From a virus: DNA of 64,000 nucleotides. This document shows positions 35,612 through 45,909 of the stretch, piece by piece. The notes beneath the pieces are model-generated. The model was not told the DNA's origin and did not search any database. It saw nothing but the letters and a program-made list of their open reading frames with translations. Location of the stretch: the IMG/VR virus record IMGVR_UViG_3300009128_001633, positions 1-64,000 of that record, one strand, 5' to 3'. The position numbers and the translations under genes are program-made. The stretch's first letter is position 1; each line of letters starts with the position of its first letter.

Positions 35612-36222
35612 AACGCCCTCCTATATATTAACTTTCTTACAATAAATGCTTCTGCATATGCTTTTTCTGCATCTGTAATCAATGATGCCCAATATGCTTC
35701 TTTTTTCTTTATTATATTGATTTTTATAGTCTTCCTTTCAATTTGAGATTTAAAATGTTTAACAAGTTTTAGTTTTAAATCAAAATCTATTAAACTAAAC
35801 ACATTCGGATGAAAATCATATGCACTACCACTATCATATATGTATGTTGTTATATATTTTTTTCTACCAACCGACATGCCTATCCTAGAAGCTCTTATGT
35901 GATGTTGATGAGTATCCTTTTTAAATGGGACAAAGATAATATCAGGATGAAGATCATCTAATTCCTTTATAACGGAATGATCTTCATCCATACTACAGAA
36001 TGTAATGATATTAAACCTAGAAAATACATTAGCTTCTAACTGTTCTAAATATCTCTTCTTAGGATCTCCGGCCAAATCATCATCACTATTAGTTATACCA
36101 ACAACAACTTTATCACCTCTCATTACATGCATATATAATGTTCCACCACAACTCATCTCAGCATCATCGTAATGTGCTCCGACTGCCAATATGGTTTTAC
36201 TCATACACCCTCCTTCATCCAA
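35605..36222 (-). CDS. PIG-L/LmbE-family N-acetylglucosaminyl deacetylase
   Basis: LAVGAHYDDAE..CGG, R..E...A, D.HQHH, HFKSQ, AEAF. The likely start is MSKTIL. Confidence 0.9.
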   Translation of the reverse strand: MDEGGCMSKTILAVGAHYDDAEMSCGGTLYMHVMRGDKVVVGITNSDDDLAGDPKKRYLEQLEANVFSRFNIITFCSMDEDHSVIKELDDLHPDIIFVPFKKDTHQHHIRASRIGMSVGRKKYITTYIYDSGSAYDFHPNVFSLIDFDLKLKLVKHFKSQIERKTIKINIIKKKEAYWASLITDAEKAYAEAFIVRKLIYRRALC

Positions 36223-36395
36223 TCTTTTATTTTTTTATAATCATTTTTAGTCCACTTTTCTTCTTTAGGATACACACAATATTTCGTACAATCAGGATGC
36301 ATATCTCTAATGTTCTTCTTGTCTTGCTCGGTCAAAATAACCATCACCGGCTCTTTCTCTCTATCATAAACTTTATTACCAACTTTTACTTTCAT
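36201..36395 (-). CDS. Hypothetical protein
   Basis: Tiles the operon; GAGGGGG RBS. Confidence 0.6.
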   Translation of the reverse strand: MKVKVGNKVYDREKEPVMVILTEQDKKNIRDMHPDCTKYCVYPKEEKWTKNDYKKIKDWMKEGV

Positions 36396-37150
36396 TAGAA
36401 GTTATACCCCCCCTCATATGGTTTTTGATATTTTGCTGGTCTACCAAAATAAATCCCAGGTTTTTCTATATTTTTCATGACTAATGAACCCATTCCGATA
36501 ATGACATTATCACAAATACTTACACCGTTTTTTATCGCAGTAGTTGCACCTATCCAACAATTCTTACCAATTGTAACAGAACCACATATATGAACTGCTC
36601 CTGCTATAACTGTATTCTTACCTATGTAGCAATTGTGACCAACATTTGATTGAACAGCAATTTTGACACCATTTTTTATTATCGTTGAATCCATAGCTGC
36701 TCTATGCACTATTGCATGAGCTCCTATTTCAACATTATTACCAATGACAACATTTCCAACATGTATGAATTGTACTTTGCTTCCATCTGGACAATTAGCA
36801 AATTTGAATCCCTCAACACCAAGAACTGCTTTTGGATGTATTCTACAATTATTACCTATAAAAACAGATTGTATATCGAGTTTCATTCTACTTTTATTTA
36901 TTTCATTATGTGTTACAGTAAACTCATAATCAGGATCATCAACAAAACAAATGTTAAGACTTTTATCTAAATTCAAACAGTTTCTCATATTTTTTGGAGC
37001 ATATATAATAACATCAAACTCTTTACACTTATCTAATAGGTGTAGATAACTAAGATCTCTTATGAATGTCATACAGCCATCTCTTGGTTTTAATAATGAA
37101 CATGTATCAGTGTATTCTTTTTCAACTTTATACATCATACGCCCTCCCAT
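36395..37150 (-). CDS. LpxD-like acyltransferase
   Basis: LG.EGF, H.GNVVIGNNVEIGA...V.R.....TII..GVKI.....GHN. Confidence 0.88.
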   Translation of the reverse strand: MGGRMMYKVEKEYTDTCSLLKPRDGCMTFIRDLSYLHLLDKCKEFDVIIYAPKNMRNCLNLDKSLNICFVDDPDYEFTVTHNEINKSRMKLDIQSVFIGNNCRIHPKAVLGVEGFKFANCPDGSKVQFIHVGNVVIGNNVEIGAHAIVHRAAMDSTIIKNGVKIAVQSNVGHNCYIGKNTVIAGAVHICGSVTIGKNCWIGATTAIKNGVSICDNVIIGMGSLVMKNIEKPGIYFGRPAKYQKPYEGGYNF

Positions 37151-37896
37151 GATAAAAATTGATTTTTACTTGGTTTGTTGTAACCCATTTTCTCTCTCCA
37201 GTATCTACCACGTTTACCATCAACTAATGCATGATCTCCTGGATTGCCATATATGGCATAATCCCATTTCATAACTAACTGACTAAGGATTGGATCTTTT
37301 CTACGAAACTGCTTTTCTGGATTTACATCTCTTCTCATTAGTGGCAAAGCTTCTTTCATAAAAGATGTTCTTATTAAAGAAGGATTTAGAGAGAACGAAT
37401 TTCCTGGGCTTTTAGATATACAAAAACCATCATGAACATCAAAAAACAAACCACTAACTTCAACTATCCTTTTCGTATATGACTTTAGTTTTCTATTACA
37501 AAACCTTATAGAAGCCACACTATTATTTTTTTTCATAATTCGTATTAGACGACTTATATCCACATCCCTAAATATTTGCCAATCATCTTCTAAATGAAAA
37601 AAATAATCAGATTCAACTTGATTCCATGCCCATATAACTGCGTTAGGGAAAGATGGCTTTGGTGATATGTTATATATAACATTTTTTCTGTTAAAAAATT
37701 TGTAACACATCTCAAGAACAACTTGTGGTATATGATTTTCACCAACAACATCTATATTTATAATAAGCCTATAACTACCTTTTTCTTTAAAGACACGTTT
37801 AGTAAATGTTTCAAGTGTTCTTTTGACTATTTTGGGACGTATAACAGAAGTCATAGCTATGTCAATTTTTTTATTCAATTTCATCTCCATTTCCAA
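37135..37896 (-). CDS. Glycosyltransferase (GT-A, GT2-like)
   Basis: MTS..RP, IINID, DYFFHLEDDW, FSLNPSL.R. Confidence 0.85.
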   Translation of the reverse strand: MEMEMKLNKKIDIAMTSVIRPKIVKRTLETFTKRVFKEKGSYRLIINIDVVGENHIPQVVLEMCYKFFNRKNVIYNISPKPSFPNAVIWAWNQVESDYFFHLEDDWQIFRDVDISRLIRIMKKNNSVASIRFCNRKLKSYTKRIVEVSGLFFDVHDGFCISKSPGNSFSLNPSLIRTSFMKEALPLMRRDVNPEKQFRRKDPILSQLVMKWDYAIYGNPGDHALVDGKRGRYWREKMGYNKPSKNQFLSWEGV

Positions 37897-38668
37897 ATTG
37901 GAATGCTAACTCATTATTGTCACTAAAACAGCACATAGTAGACATTCGCTTATCTATCCTTCTAGTAACCCAAGCATCAACAACTTTACCAACATCTATG
38001 GACCTACCACCATTTCTACGTATTTCACCACTATAAATCCGGCCTAATTCACCAGAAGCTAATATCCAAAGATCATAATCATTTGCCTCTTTTCTTATTT
38101 CATCTATAATACTATCATATGAAACATCATAATGATTACCAAAAAATCCAGGAATTAGTTTAACTGTAACAGATCTTGTATGTCTTGATAAAATTCTGTC
38201 AACCCTATAATAATTTGATATACAACATATGGAACGATGTCTAATTGTTTCAATTAGATTATGTCTAGCATTTTCAGCAAATAATAAAATACCCATTTCT
38301 GGACTACAAAACTTTCTGTTAATATTAATTCCTATCTCTGAATAAATTTCCTTCCATTGAGATAACAATTTCCAATTATCAGGTGATGTTTTGCCTCTTT
38401 TTTTATGAGTTTTTTCAATAAAATAGAACTCAGGAGAATCAATATAATCAGCTTCGTTCGCACTATTTATCCAACTTTTTATTAAATTTTTAAAAAAGAA
38501 ATGAGGAATGCCCTCCTGTCTACTGGTGGAATAGTCTGTGGTTCCATCTATAAATCTTTTCATGACCTTTAAACCACCATCATTAAACCTAATCATTGAA
38601 AATGGACTCCTAGAAACAATAGCCACTTGAAGATCACGAACAACCTCAGATACAGTTGACAATTTCAT
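37871..38668 (-). CDS. Putative GT-D-fold (DUF1792-like) glycosyltransferase
   Basis: PFSMIRFNDG, DLWILASG.LG......I...GG.SIDVG...D.W. Confidence 0.7.
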   Translation of the reverse strand: MKLSTVSEVVRDLQVAIVSRSPFSMIRFNDGGLKVMKRFIDGTTDYSTSRQEGIPHFFFKNLIKSWINSANEADYIDSPEFYFIEKTHKKRGKTSPDNWKLLSQWKEIYSEIGININRKFCSPEMGILLFAENARHNLIETIRHRSICCISNYYRVDRILSRHTRSVTVKLIPGFFGNHYDVSYDSIIDEIRKEANDYDLWILASGELGRIYSGEIRRNGGRSIDVGKVVDAWVTRRIDKRMSTMCCFSDNNELAFQFGNGDEIE

Positions 38669-38677
38669 TTTAAACTC

Positions 38678-39742
38678 CTAAAGCACAGATTCAAATATGG
38701 TTTGCATTTTTATAGCATTGTCTTTAACACTACCAATTTTTTCATGCAGTAATTGTTTTAAATTAGATTTATGATTATTGGCCAAATCCAAATTTTCAGC
38801 GTACATAAATATTGAATGAATCGCATCAGGAATGCTTATATAATTAAGTGATGTGAAATTGTTTATAGCATAATCACTTACACCTGACTTAGTGCAATCT
38901 CTAACAACTAAATTACAATTGCATAATCCAGCTTCCATTGGTGGTATATGTAGTCCTTCAAGTATGGTTGTTGAAAGCCATATATCACACAAAGACATAA
39001 TTTCGATTTTCTTCTCAAATGTAGGTCTTAAGAAAAACTTAAACGGAATATAAGATAAACCATCAACAACTTGAGGCATGAGTGTTTTATCTCCAAATAA
39101 AATTAACTCATGTAATAAACCAATTGTTTGAAGATGATAAGCCATTTGCAATATATCCATAAACTTTTTTGTATGTTTGTCCATATAATACAAAGCACCA
39201 ATGGTAACTTTTCCCGTAGGACTTTCAGTCATACCATGCTTTAGACAAGAAAATATTTCATCTATAGGTAATCCCGGATATTGAATTTTAGAATCAACAA
39301 GACAAACATCATTAAGCATTCTTTTTAACCACTCTGAATTAACAAGAAGATTTAATCCTGATTTATATTTTTTAAAAAGTTGCTCCTCTGGATTAGCCCA
39401 CGTTTCATGTCCCCTTATCCAATAAAACTTATTTTTCATTGATAAATGTGGATAACTAACCGTACTTTCCACTGTATTACATCCAGTGGCTACAATTATA
39501 TCATATTTCGGCCATCTACTAACATCTCTATCTATACCTGTGACAAAATGTTTCAAACGTGCAGGTATTTCAAACCAAGTAAATCTATCTGGACTATCTA
39601 ATAAAATTTTAACACTATGGCTTAATTCATCCAAAGCCATAGCCATTCTTGCTATTGATTGACTACCTCCATTATTGGCAAGCCCACATGAAACCAAATT
39701 GAATGCTATATTAATTCCTGGCATAAAATTACACCTCCGCAA
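38678..39742 (-). CDS. Glycosyltransferase (GT4)
   Basis: NGGS..I, IVATG..T, VNSEWL, EGLHIPPMEA.LC. Confidence 0.88.
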   Translation of the reverse strand: MRRCNFMPGINIAFNLVSCGLANNGGSQSIARMAMALDELSHSVKILLDSPDRFTWFEIPARLKHFVTGIDRDVSRWPKYDIIVATGCNTVESTVSYPHLSMKNKFYWIRGHETWANPEEQLFKKYKSGLNLLVNSEWLKRMLNDVCLVDSKIQYPGLPIDEIFSCLKHGMTESPTGKVTIGALYYMDKHTKKFMDILQMAYHLQTIGLLHELILFGDKTLMPQVVDGLSYIPFKFFLRPTFEKKIEIMSLCDIWLSTTILEGLHIPPMEAGLCNCNLVVRDCTKSGVSDYAINNFTSLNYISIPDAIHSIFMYAENLDLANNHKSNLKQLLHEKIGSVKDNAIKMQTIFESVL

Positions 39743-39813
39743 AATTACTAAAACACTGGCCTTCTCATATTGTGATTAACAATTTCTCAATCCACAATTA
39801 ACAAGGTTAAAAG

Positions 39814-41697
39814 TTACATCCATATTCTACCCTCCTTTACTTGCTCTGCAAATTTCAAAACTTCCTCTACACACTTTTCTTTGTTAATTATATAGCCTAT
39901 ATCACTTTTTAAGCCTTCGAAAAATCCAGCAAATGTTTTAGCCCAATTTTCCTCAATCATGTGTCTCTTCTTTTCATGACCAACAATGAAAGAAGGTATG
40001 CCGCATAATAAAGAAATTTTAGATAATCCAGACTGAGGACCAAATGTGAACATTGCTTTATTGAGATTACAAAAAGCAACCAATATATCTAAGGTTTCAT
40101 TATCATTAAAGTAAACAAGATCACGATGCACTATCTCATCTTTTAGTTCATATGCACCGCTCTTAGAGCCAATTGATATTAATAAATGATTAGGAAACTT
40201 ATTACGCAATTCATGGCAAAGATCTACATAAAACCTATATGATAAATTCCTGTCACCATGTATTCCTTCTCTTCTTCTGGGAAAAATTAATATGCTATTA
40301 TCTTTGCCACACAATTTTCTAACATAATCTCTAGCTTTTTTACTTGAAATATACGGCGTATAAAACTTATTGGAAACATATTTCACTTTATCAAAACTAT
40401 TAAAAATATCGCATTGTGGATAAATCTTACTTAATATTGAAGACATTTTTTTACCAACAAAACGATTATTTATATTATGAGGATCTATCATGAAATGTTG
40501 TTCTGCTGACATATTTTTTGTCATTTCTTTAATTTTATCTGGCAATTCAAGTAAATCATCACAACAATCTCTATAAAATACAAATTTAGCTTTTGAAGTT
40601 ATGACTATTAATCTTCTCCACGGATGTTTTTCTCTAAACTTTTTAACAAAAGCAACTAAATATTGAGTCCAACCAACTTCACCAACATCACAAAACAGTA
40701 ATGGGTCATCATTGTAAAATCTACTTATGGGATGCGATGCTCGATCTTCCCTTACAACCTTTTCATCAAAAATAATAGGCTTATCTATATTACCAAACCT
40801 AATTATTTCATCTATACATTTTTTATGATTATTTAATCTGTATTTACCATTTACTCTCTTAACAACATGAAATCCAACTCTTGTATTCATCCAATTATCA
40901 TCGATCATATGTCTTTTCTTTTCATGCCCCATTATGAATGTTGGTACACCGCACATTAAAGAAATTTTTGGTAACGAAGATTGGGAACCAACAGCAAAAT
41001 CAACTTTTTGATACACACATGCTGCTATCATTAAATCCAAACTTTGTAGATCAGACCAAGTTGTTAGATCTACAAAATTGTCGTACTTAATATTAGAATC
41101 GATATGATGGGATCCAACCACTGAACCCATGGCTGATACTGTATGCATGGGATAGTCGTTGCATAGTCTATTACACAAATTTATATAAAATTTTTCTGTC
41201 AAATTTCTATTGCCAAACTTACCTTTTCTTTTTCTTGGAAAAACTAATATTAATGGTTTATCACTAAAAAGATTTTTGCATGTTTTCATTGCTTTTTGAG
41301 ATGAATTGAACCTATACGGCATTCTTTTATTAAAAAAAGCACCATATTCATTAACAACTTCATAACTATCACGGAAATGTTTGTTTATATATTTAAAAAG
41401 TATGTCATTCGTTATGCATTTTTTCTTTTTATGTGAATATAAATGCGTACCGTCTTGATCAAGACTACTATCGTTTATATTATCAAATATTTTATCAGGA
41501 ATTGGTATCCTTTCAATTTTTATGCCGTTATACAGTACAAAACGCTCTGGAAATGTACAAACTGCTATCTTGCGGTTGTCATTTATGAGAAGCCAGTTCA
41601 TATGAGCAGTTAACGGCAAGCTCCAACCTAATTCACCAACATCATAAAATAATAATGGTTTCTTTTCATTTCCCATTTGCTTCCCCCAACATTTCAT
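39814..41697 (-). CDS. Protein of two tandem GT9-like glycosyltransferase domains
   Basis: Internal duplication: PLLF.DVGE.GW, IFPR.R.G..G.RNL...FY..LC..L and KISL.CG.P.FI.GHEKKRHMI..NW each occur twice. Confidence 0.65.
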   Translation of the reverse strand: MKCWGKQMGNEKKPLLFYDVGELGWSLPLTAHMNWLLINDNRKIAVCTFPERFVLYNGIKIERIPIPDKIFDNINDSSLDQDGTHLYSHKKKKCITNDILFKYINKHFRDSYEVVNEYGAFFNKRMPYRFNSSQKAMKTCKNLFSDKPLILVFPRKRKGKFGNRNLTEKFYINLCNRLCNDYPMHTVSAMGSVVGSHHIDSNIKYDNFVDLTTWSDLQSLDLMIAACVYQKVDFAVGSQSSLPKISLMCGVPTFIMGHEKKRHMIDDNWMNTRVGFHVVKRVNGKYRLNNHKKCIDEIIRFGNIDKPIIFDEKVVREDRASHPISRFYNDDPLLFCDVGEVGWTQYLVAFVKKFREKHPWRRLIVITSKAKFVFYRDCCDDLLELPDKIKEMTKNMSAEQHFMIDPHNINNRFVGKKMSSILSKIYPQCDIFNSFDKVKYVSNKFYTPYISSKKARDYVRKLCGKDNSILIFPRRREGIHGDRNLSYRFYVDLCHELRNKFPNHLLISIGSKSGAYELKDEIVHRDLVYFNDNETLDILVAFCNLNKAMFTFGPQSGLSKISLLCGIPSFIVGHEKKRHMIEENWAKTFAGFFEGLKSDIGYIINKEKCVEEVLKFAEQVKEGRIWM

Positions 41698-43570
41698 CTA
41701 ATTTTTGTAGAGTGTTAAAAAATTTTGGATATAATATATCAATTACACTTCTCATATTCTCAACCCTTGGATATTCATGAGCAAAATGCATAATATAAGC
41801 TTCTGTTTTATTTGGATTTTGACCTCTGGAAGTAAACCCATTTATTTCCATACCATTAAACTTTTTATCAAGTGGAAAAAACTTATACCCATTTCTAAAT
41901 AAATTAAAGTTCAAAAGAGTCTGGTCTTTAAATTGAGAATTAAACCTTTCTCTTAACTCTGGATTACTAAACAGACCTTTATGGTGTTTAGAAAATAACA
42001 ACACTCCAGAATTGAAGTATCCAGAATGCCAACCAACAAAACCTAATGCTCTTTGAACTTCCATTGCTTCATCGTATCTATTTAGATTACCCCATATACC
42101 ATCAAAATTATCTGCAACAGCAGCAACATGATCGAAAGGTACTATATTAAATAAATCTGGACAATCAGGATGAATAACTATGTCTACATCTAAATATAAT
42201 ATCCTATCATATTTATCCAAAAACTCAGCCATTTGAAATTTTTCTAAATTTGGGTACATGCCATTAATTTTTTCATCATCAATTACTATAACCTCTGCAT
42301 TTGTCTTACTACCATAATTCATAAAACAATCTAGCGTAACCCCCAACATCTCTTTTGCTTCATCACCAATAGCCAACGTAACTATTGCTCTTTTTTCATC
42401 TACATCATGCTCAAGTTGTTTAGACTTAGGTGTCATATGCTTTGTTACACTATATAATGGCAATAACTCATTGTTAATTGTATCAACAATAACATCTGGC
42501 TCTATAACCACTAAACATGGACTATAGCCATCGGATAGAGCATGACGACATGGTCTATTGCCATGCAAAAAACATGGAGAACAGTTTGTCGCACCATCAA
42601 TACCTATTGCATTATCGAAATATTTAATCCTGAGTTCACTTGGTATCGGACCAAATAATCCAATCATTGGTTTGTTAAGTGCTCCCGCTATATGTAACCC
42701 CGAAGTGTCTGCCCCAACAAATATGTTACAACAATTTATTATTGAAAATAAATGTTTTAAAGAAAGACAATGACGAGCAAAGTTAAATGACATCTTTTCG
42801 TCACACATATCGTATCTATTTATTAATTCAGTAACATTAGGTTCACCTATTATTACTGTTTTTATATCTTGTGCGTTCAATAGTGAAACGAGATGCTTGA
42901 ATTTTTCTAACGGATAATTCCTCAATATTGTTGAAGTTTGTAACTGAATCCCAACAACAGGATAACCTTCAGCTAAACCCAATCCTTCAAAAGTTATTGC
43001 CACATCATGATCTATGTCAGGGTTGAAATGTATTTCAGGTATTTTATCGATTCTTGGAAAATCATCATGATTCATTGAGAACGCTTTTATAAACAAATCA
43101 TAAATATTTATAGTAGTTGAATCCACTGTTTTTGTTTCAACTAAACCTTGAAAAAATATTGTATAATCTGATTCGTTTACTATTTCGAGTGGATATGGTA
43201 GGTGTACATATTTGTCAACAAAAGGATTGTTGACAAACAATTCACTGTACATTTCAGAACTGCCAACTATAACTTTACACGAAGGATTTCTTTTCTTTAT
43301 GATTTTAATAGGGACCATCATTGCCATAAGGTCCCCAATACCAGAAGTTCTAAAAGCAAATATTGTTTTACCTTCTAAATTCTGACCAGTATATGGCTTC
43401 ATGTATTTATAAAAACTAAGTTCTTCACTTATAGCCCTTTCACCATATACAAGCTTTATTTCTGTTATCAACCTTTCATCCAAAATGTAAAACTTGCCCT
43501 TATCGACCTTAGTTGAGTCTCCCTTCGACAGAGGTAAATCTATATCTGTCGTAAATGAAAATATTCTCAT
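41666..43570 (-). CDS. GT9 heptosyltransferase-like plus GT8-like fusion
   Basis: R..GIGD, FVGADTSGLHIAGAL.KP.IGLFGP, CSPC; then YDRILYLDVD, YFNSGVLL, DQTLLN, IMHFA. Confidence 0.9.
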   Translation of the reverse strand: MRIFSFTTDIDLPLSKGDSTKVDKGKFYILDERLITEIKLVYGERAISEELSFYKYMKPYTGQNLEGKTIFAFRTSGIGDLMAMMVPIKIIKKRNPSCKVIVGSSEMYSELFVNNPFVDKYVHLPYPLEIVNESDYTIFFQGLVETKTVDSTTINIYDLFIKAFSMNHDDFPRIDKIPEIHFNPDIDHDVAITFEGLGLAEGYPVVGIQLQTSTILRNYPLEKFKHLVSLLNAQDIKTVIIGEPNVTELINRYDMCDEKMSFNFARHCLSLKHLFSIINCCNIFVGADTSGLHIAGALNKPMIGLFGPIPSELRIKYFDNAIGIDGATNCSPCFLHGNRPCRHALSDGYSPCLVVIEPDVIVDTINNELLPLYSVTKHMTPKSKQLEHDVDEKRAIVTLAIGDEAKEMLGVTLDCFMNYGSKTNAEVIVIDDEKINGMYPNLEKFQMAEFLDKYDRILYLDVDIVIHPDCPDLFNIVPFDHVAAVADNFDGIWGNLNRYDEAMEVQRALGFVGWHSGYFNSGVLLFSKHHKGLFSNPELRERFNSQFKDQTLLNFNLFRNGYKFFPLDKKFNGMEINGFTSRGQNPNKTEAYIMHFAHEYPRVENMRSVIDILYPKFFNTLQKLDEMLGEANGK

Positions 43571-43579
43571 TTTGCCCTC

Positions 43580-43945
43580 CTAACTTAAATTGTATTTAAT
43601 TATCTCTATATCCCCATTCACCACCCCCTCTTGACTTACAATAATTTCATTAGACATATATGTTGCGAATCTATTAACTATTATCTGATGTGGCATGTTT
43701 AAGACATCAGATAATAGTTTTAACAAAGAATTTGCAATAACACTTTGAATTGAGCATTCCCTACGCAACTGAACAAAACCTTCTTTCATGTCAAGACTAT
43801 CTTGTGTAGATGAGATTTTAAAATTAACAAAATCTCTAGCAATTACTGATATCATTTGATTCGTTCTATAGTCAGATTCAGTTCTACTAAGACTTTTTGA
43901 TCTTGGCGGTTTTTTCTTTCCAACTTTACTCCTATTTTTACCCAT
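43580..43945 (-). CDS. Hypothetical protein
   Basis: AGGAGG RBS. Confidence 0.7.
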   Translation of the reverse strand: MGKNRSKVGKKKPPRSKSLSRTESDYRTNQMISVIARDFVNFKISSTQDSLDMKEGFVQLRRECSIQSVIANSLLKLLSDVLNMPHQIIVNRFATYMSNEIIVSQEGVVNGDIEIIKYNLS

Positions 43946-43964
43946 ATCGCCCTCCTAAAGTTAA

Positions 43965-44198
43965 TCAATAACTTTCTAACTTTTTTTCCTTCTTCGGCTC
44001 TTCACTTAGCATATTGTATAATTTCTCTATATTTTTTACAGAATCGTTACCTTCGAATCCAACAGAGATTTGCATACCTGCTGGAGTATATGTCTTTGTA
44101 ATATGAGCTTTTTCAACACGCTCACCCTTAAACAATACAGTAAAACATCCAGATAACAATAACGACAATAATATTATACTAAGCAGTAATTTTTTCAT
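43965..44198 (-). CDS. Small lipoprotein
   Basis: MKK, hydrophobic core, then an LSGC lipobox. Confidence 0.7.
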   Translation of the reverse strand: MKKLLLSIILLSLLLSGCFTVLFKGERVEKAHITKTYTPAGMQISVGFEGNDSVKNIEKLYNMLSEEPKKEKKLESY

Positions 44199-44955
44199 AA
44201 TATTCTATTAACACTCCTATTACGCCGACCTTCTGACCATAATCATCGTTACCATCATGATCTCTATAGAGTTTCAACATAACAGTTTCACCCGCTACTA
44301 AATCTGTCACTGTAACTGTATTACTTAATGGAGTCATAAAAATATCATATTGAGCATGTGTCATTCCAGTTTCATTAGAAGCAATCTCATCACCAAATGT
44401 ACCATTCAAAGAATCTCCATCTCCTATTGAATATCCACTTAGTTTAAATTCAACTTCTTCGTTGCTGGGACCAGTCGCATTGGTTACTAAACATTTGACA
44501 ATGAATTTTATTCCTGAAGATGCTATGATATTGGTTGGCACTTCCCACCCATAAACTAGATCCTCACTAGAATCATTAGCAAAAGTTCTAGCAGATATAG
44601 CACCATTACCACTTGTGTAATTAGAAGCACTATCCGGCGGAGAAGATCCGTTTAGCCAATCTCTTACGGGAATAAAACTATACGTCTTTCGTATAGTTAC
44701 AGGGCCAACAGAAGTCCAATCTGTTCCATTCCATGCCACTTCGTCATTAGCATAGAATGATTGACCAGTGTTTGTCTTAGTACCGTCGTTATCTGTAACA
44801 TCAGCGGTTACTCTATAAAACCAACCAGTTTCAACAGCGGCAGATGTTGGAAAATCAGCAGCAACACCAATTGCGCCCTTAAACTGTAAAGGAGAAGATA
44901 TGTTCTGGACTTGATCAAAACTTCCAGAAATTGGATTTATCGTATGCTTTTTCAT
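44179..44955 (-). CDS. Putative virion protein; C-terminal domain related to 56280/57073
   Basis: AGGAGGT RBS; QFKG......PT.....GW.Y.V repeat-type N-part; C-part aligns with the tail paralogs. Confidence 0.65.
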   Translation of the reverse strand: MKKHTINPISGSFDQVQNISSPLQFKGAIGVAADFPTSAAVETGWFYRVTADVTDNDGTKTNTGQSFYANDEVAWNGTDWTSVGPVTIRKTYSFIPVRDWLNGSSPPDSASNYTSGNGAISARTFANDSSEDLVYGWEVPTNIIASSGIKFIVKCLVTNATGPSNEEVEFKLSGYSIGDGDSLNGTFGDEIASNETGMTHAQYDIFMTPLSNTVTVTDLVAGETVMLKLYRDHDGNDDYGQKVGVIGVLIEYYEKITA

Positions 44956-44966
44956 TTATATACCTC

Positions 44967-45194
44967 CTAACTATAGGAATATCCTGCTCTTTCATCCCAC
45001 TCTTTGTCAAACTCATTAGTACCATCTGCAAATTGAACATCTGTGACGTTGCCATCACCATCAACTGTTACTTTTCTAATTTGCCATTCTGTATCACTTG
45101 TGGCAGTTCCTGGAGCAGCATATCCTATATAAACAGGATTACCACCAGAATACGTCGCTTTCATAGTCAGTGAAGTCTCTTGAAACGGTAACAT
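44967..45194 (-). CDS. Small putative virion protein
   Basis: AAGGAGGTG RBS; YIGYA.PG.ATS...WQIRK...FADG...FDK.WD.R..YSYS. Confidence 0.7.
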   Translation of the reverse strand: MLPFQETSLTMKATYSGGNPVYIGYAAPGTATSDTEWQIRKVTVDGDGNVTDVQFADGTNEFDKEWDERAGYSYS

Positions 45195-45230
45195 TTTTCC
45201 ACCTCCTTTAAATTAGTATAATATAGTTAA

Positions 45231-45261
45231 TATACAAGTTAAGAAGCTAATTTATAATAAA
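45231..45261 (-). promoter_or_regulatory. Putative phage promoter TTTATTATAA-N14-TTGTATA
   Basis: Second copy of the 13691-13721 motif. Confidence 0.55.
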
Positions 45262-45909
45262 TTAATTTTTCAAATTCCCATCATTCAATCGCATCATGAA
45301 CTTAGCTATCCTTCTATCTGAAAACCACCATGACACACAAGTTACTGTCAAATAAATAGCAGCATCAACAGATAACATCACTATTTTAACAGCTTGTTCA
45401 ACAGTCCATTGATGATTAGAAACTTTTAATATGCCCAATGCTTCCGTTAATATTTTACCAAAAACAATAATAAGAAAAATTGTAATTCCAGGTCTCATTA
45501 AGTGTTTTATGAAATCAACAAGTCCGAAAGCAAAAGCAACAATAGTGGCAATTGGAATTGTAAAATATCTAGGCCATCCCTCTACTTCCATCATCTTAGT
45601 CATAAAAGAAGCCTTAAACAAAGAAACCATAGCATTCTTTTGACTTTGCATAAATGATTCAGCTTCTTTAAGATTAATAGCACCTTCAATTTCTGACTTC
45701 TTGATCTGCATATTCATATCAGCTTCGGCCATAGCATAAATATGATCTTGTCTATCTGCCTTAATTTCAAGCTCTTTCAACTCCATCTTTTGCTTGTGAG
45801 CCTGTTTTTGTTTGAAATAGTTAAATATGTTGGAGAACAATGATCCAAAAATACCAGTTACGACTCCTCCAACAGGTCCACCGAAAATAGTTGCTAATGT
45901 TGATAACAT
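45262..45909 (-). CDS. Membrane protein, holin-like
   Basis: Several hydrophobic segments; MRP.IT and WWFSDR motifs; adjacent to the DUF5675 gene. Confidence 0.6.
   Translation of the reverse strand: MLSTLATIFGGPVGGVVTGIFGSLFSNIFNYFKQKQAHKQKMELKELEIKADRQDHIYAMAEADMNMQIKKSEIEGAINLKEAESFMQSQKNAMVSLFKASFMTKMMEVEGWPRYFTIPIATIVAFAFGLVDFIKHLMRPGITIFLIIVFGKILTEALGILKVSNHQWTVEQAVKIVMLSVDAAIYLTVTCVSWWFSDRRIAKFMMRLNDGNLKN

Noticed and set aside
26159-43570. Host chromosomal capsule/O-antigen locus flanking a prophage
   Set aside because: It has the same composition as the phage genes, is bracketed by and interleaved with them, and lacks wzx/wzy/wzm and an initiating transferase. No integrase or att site was seen.
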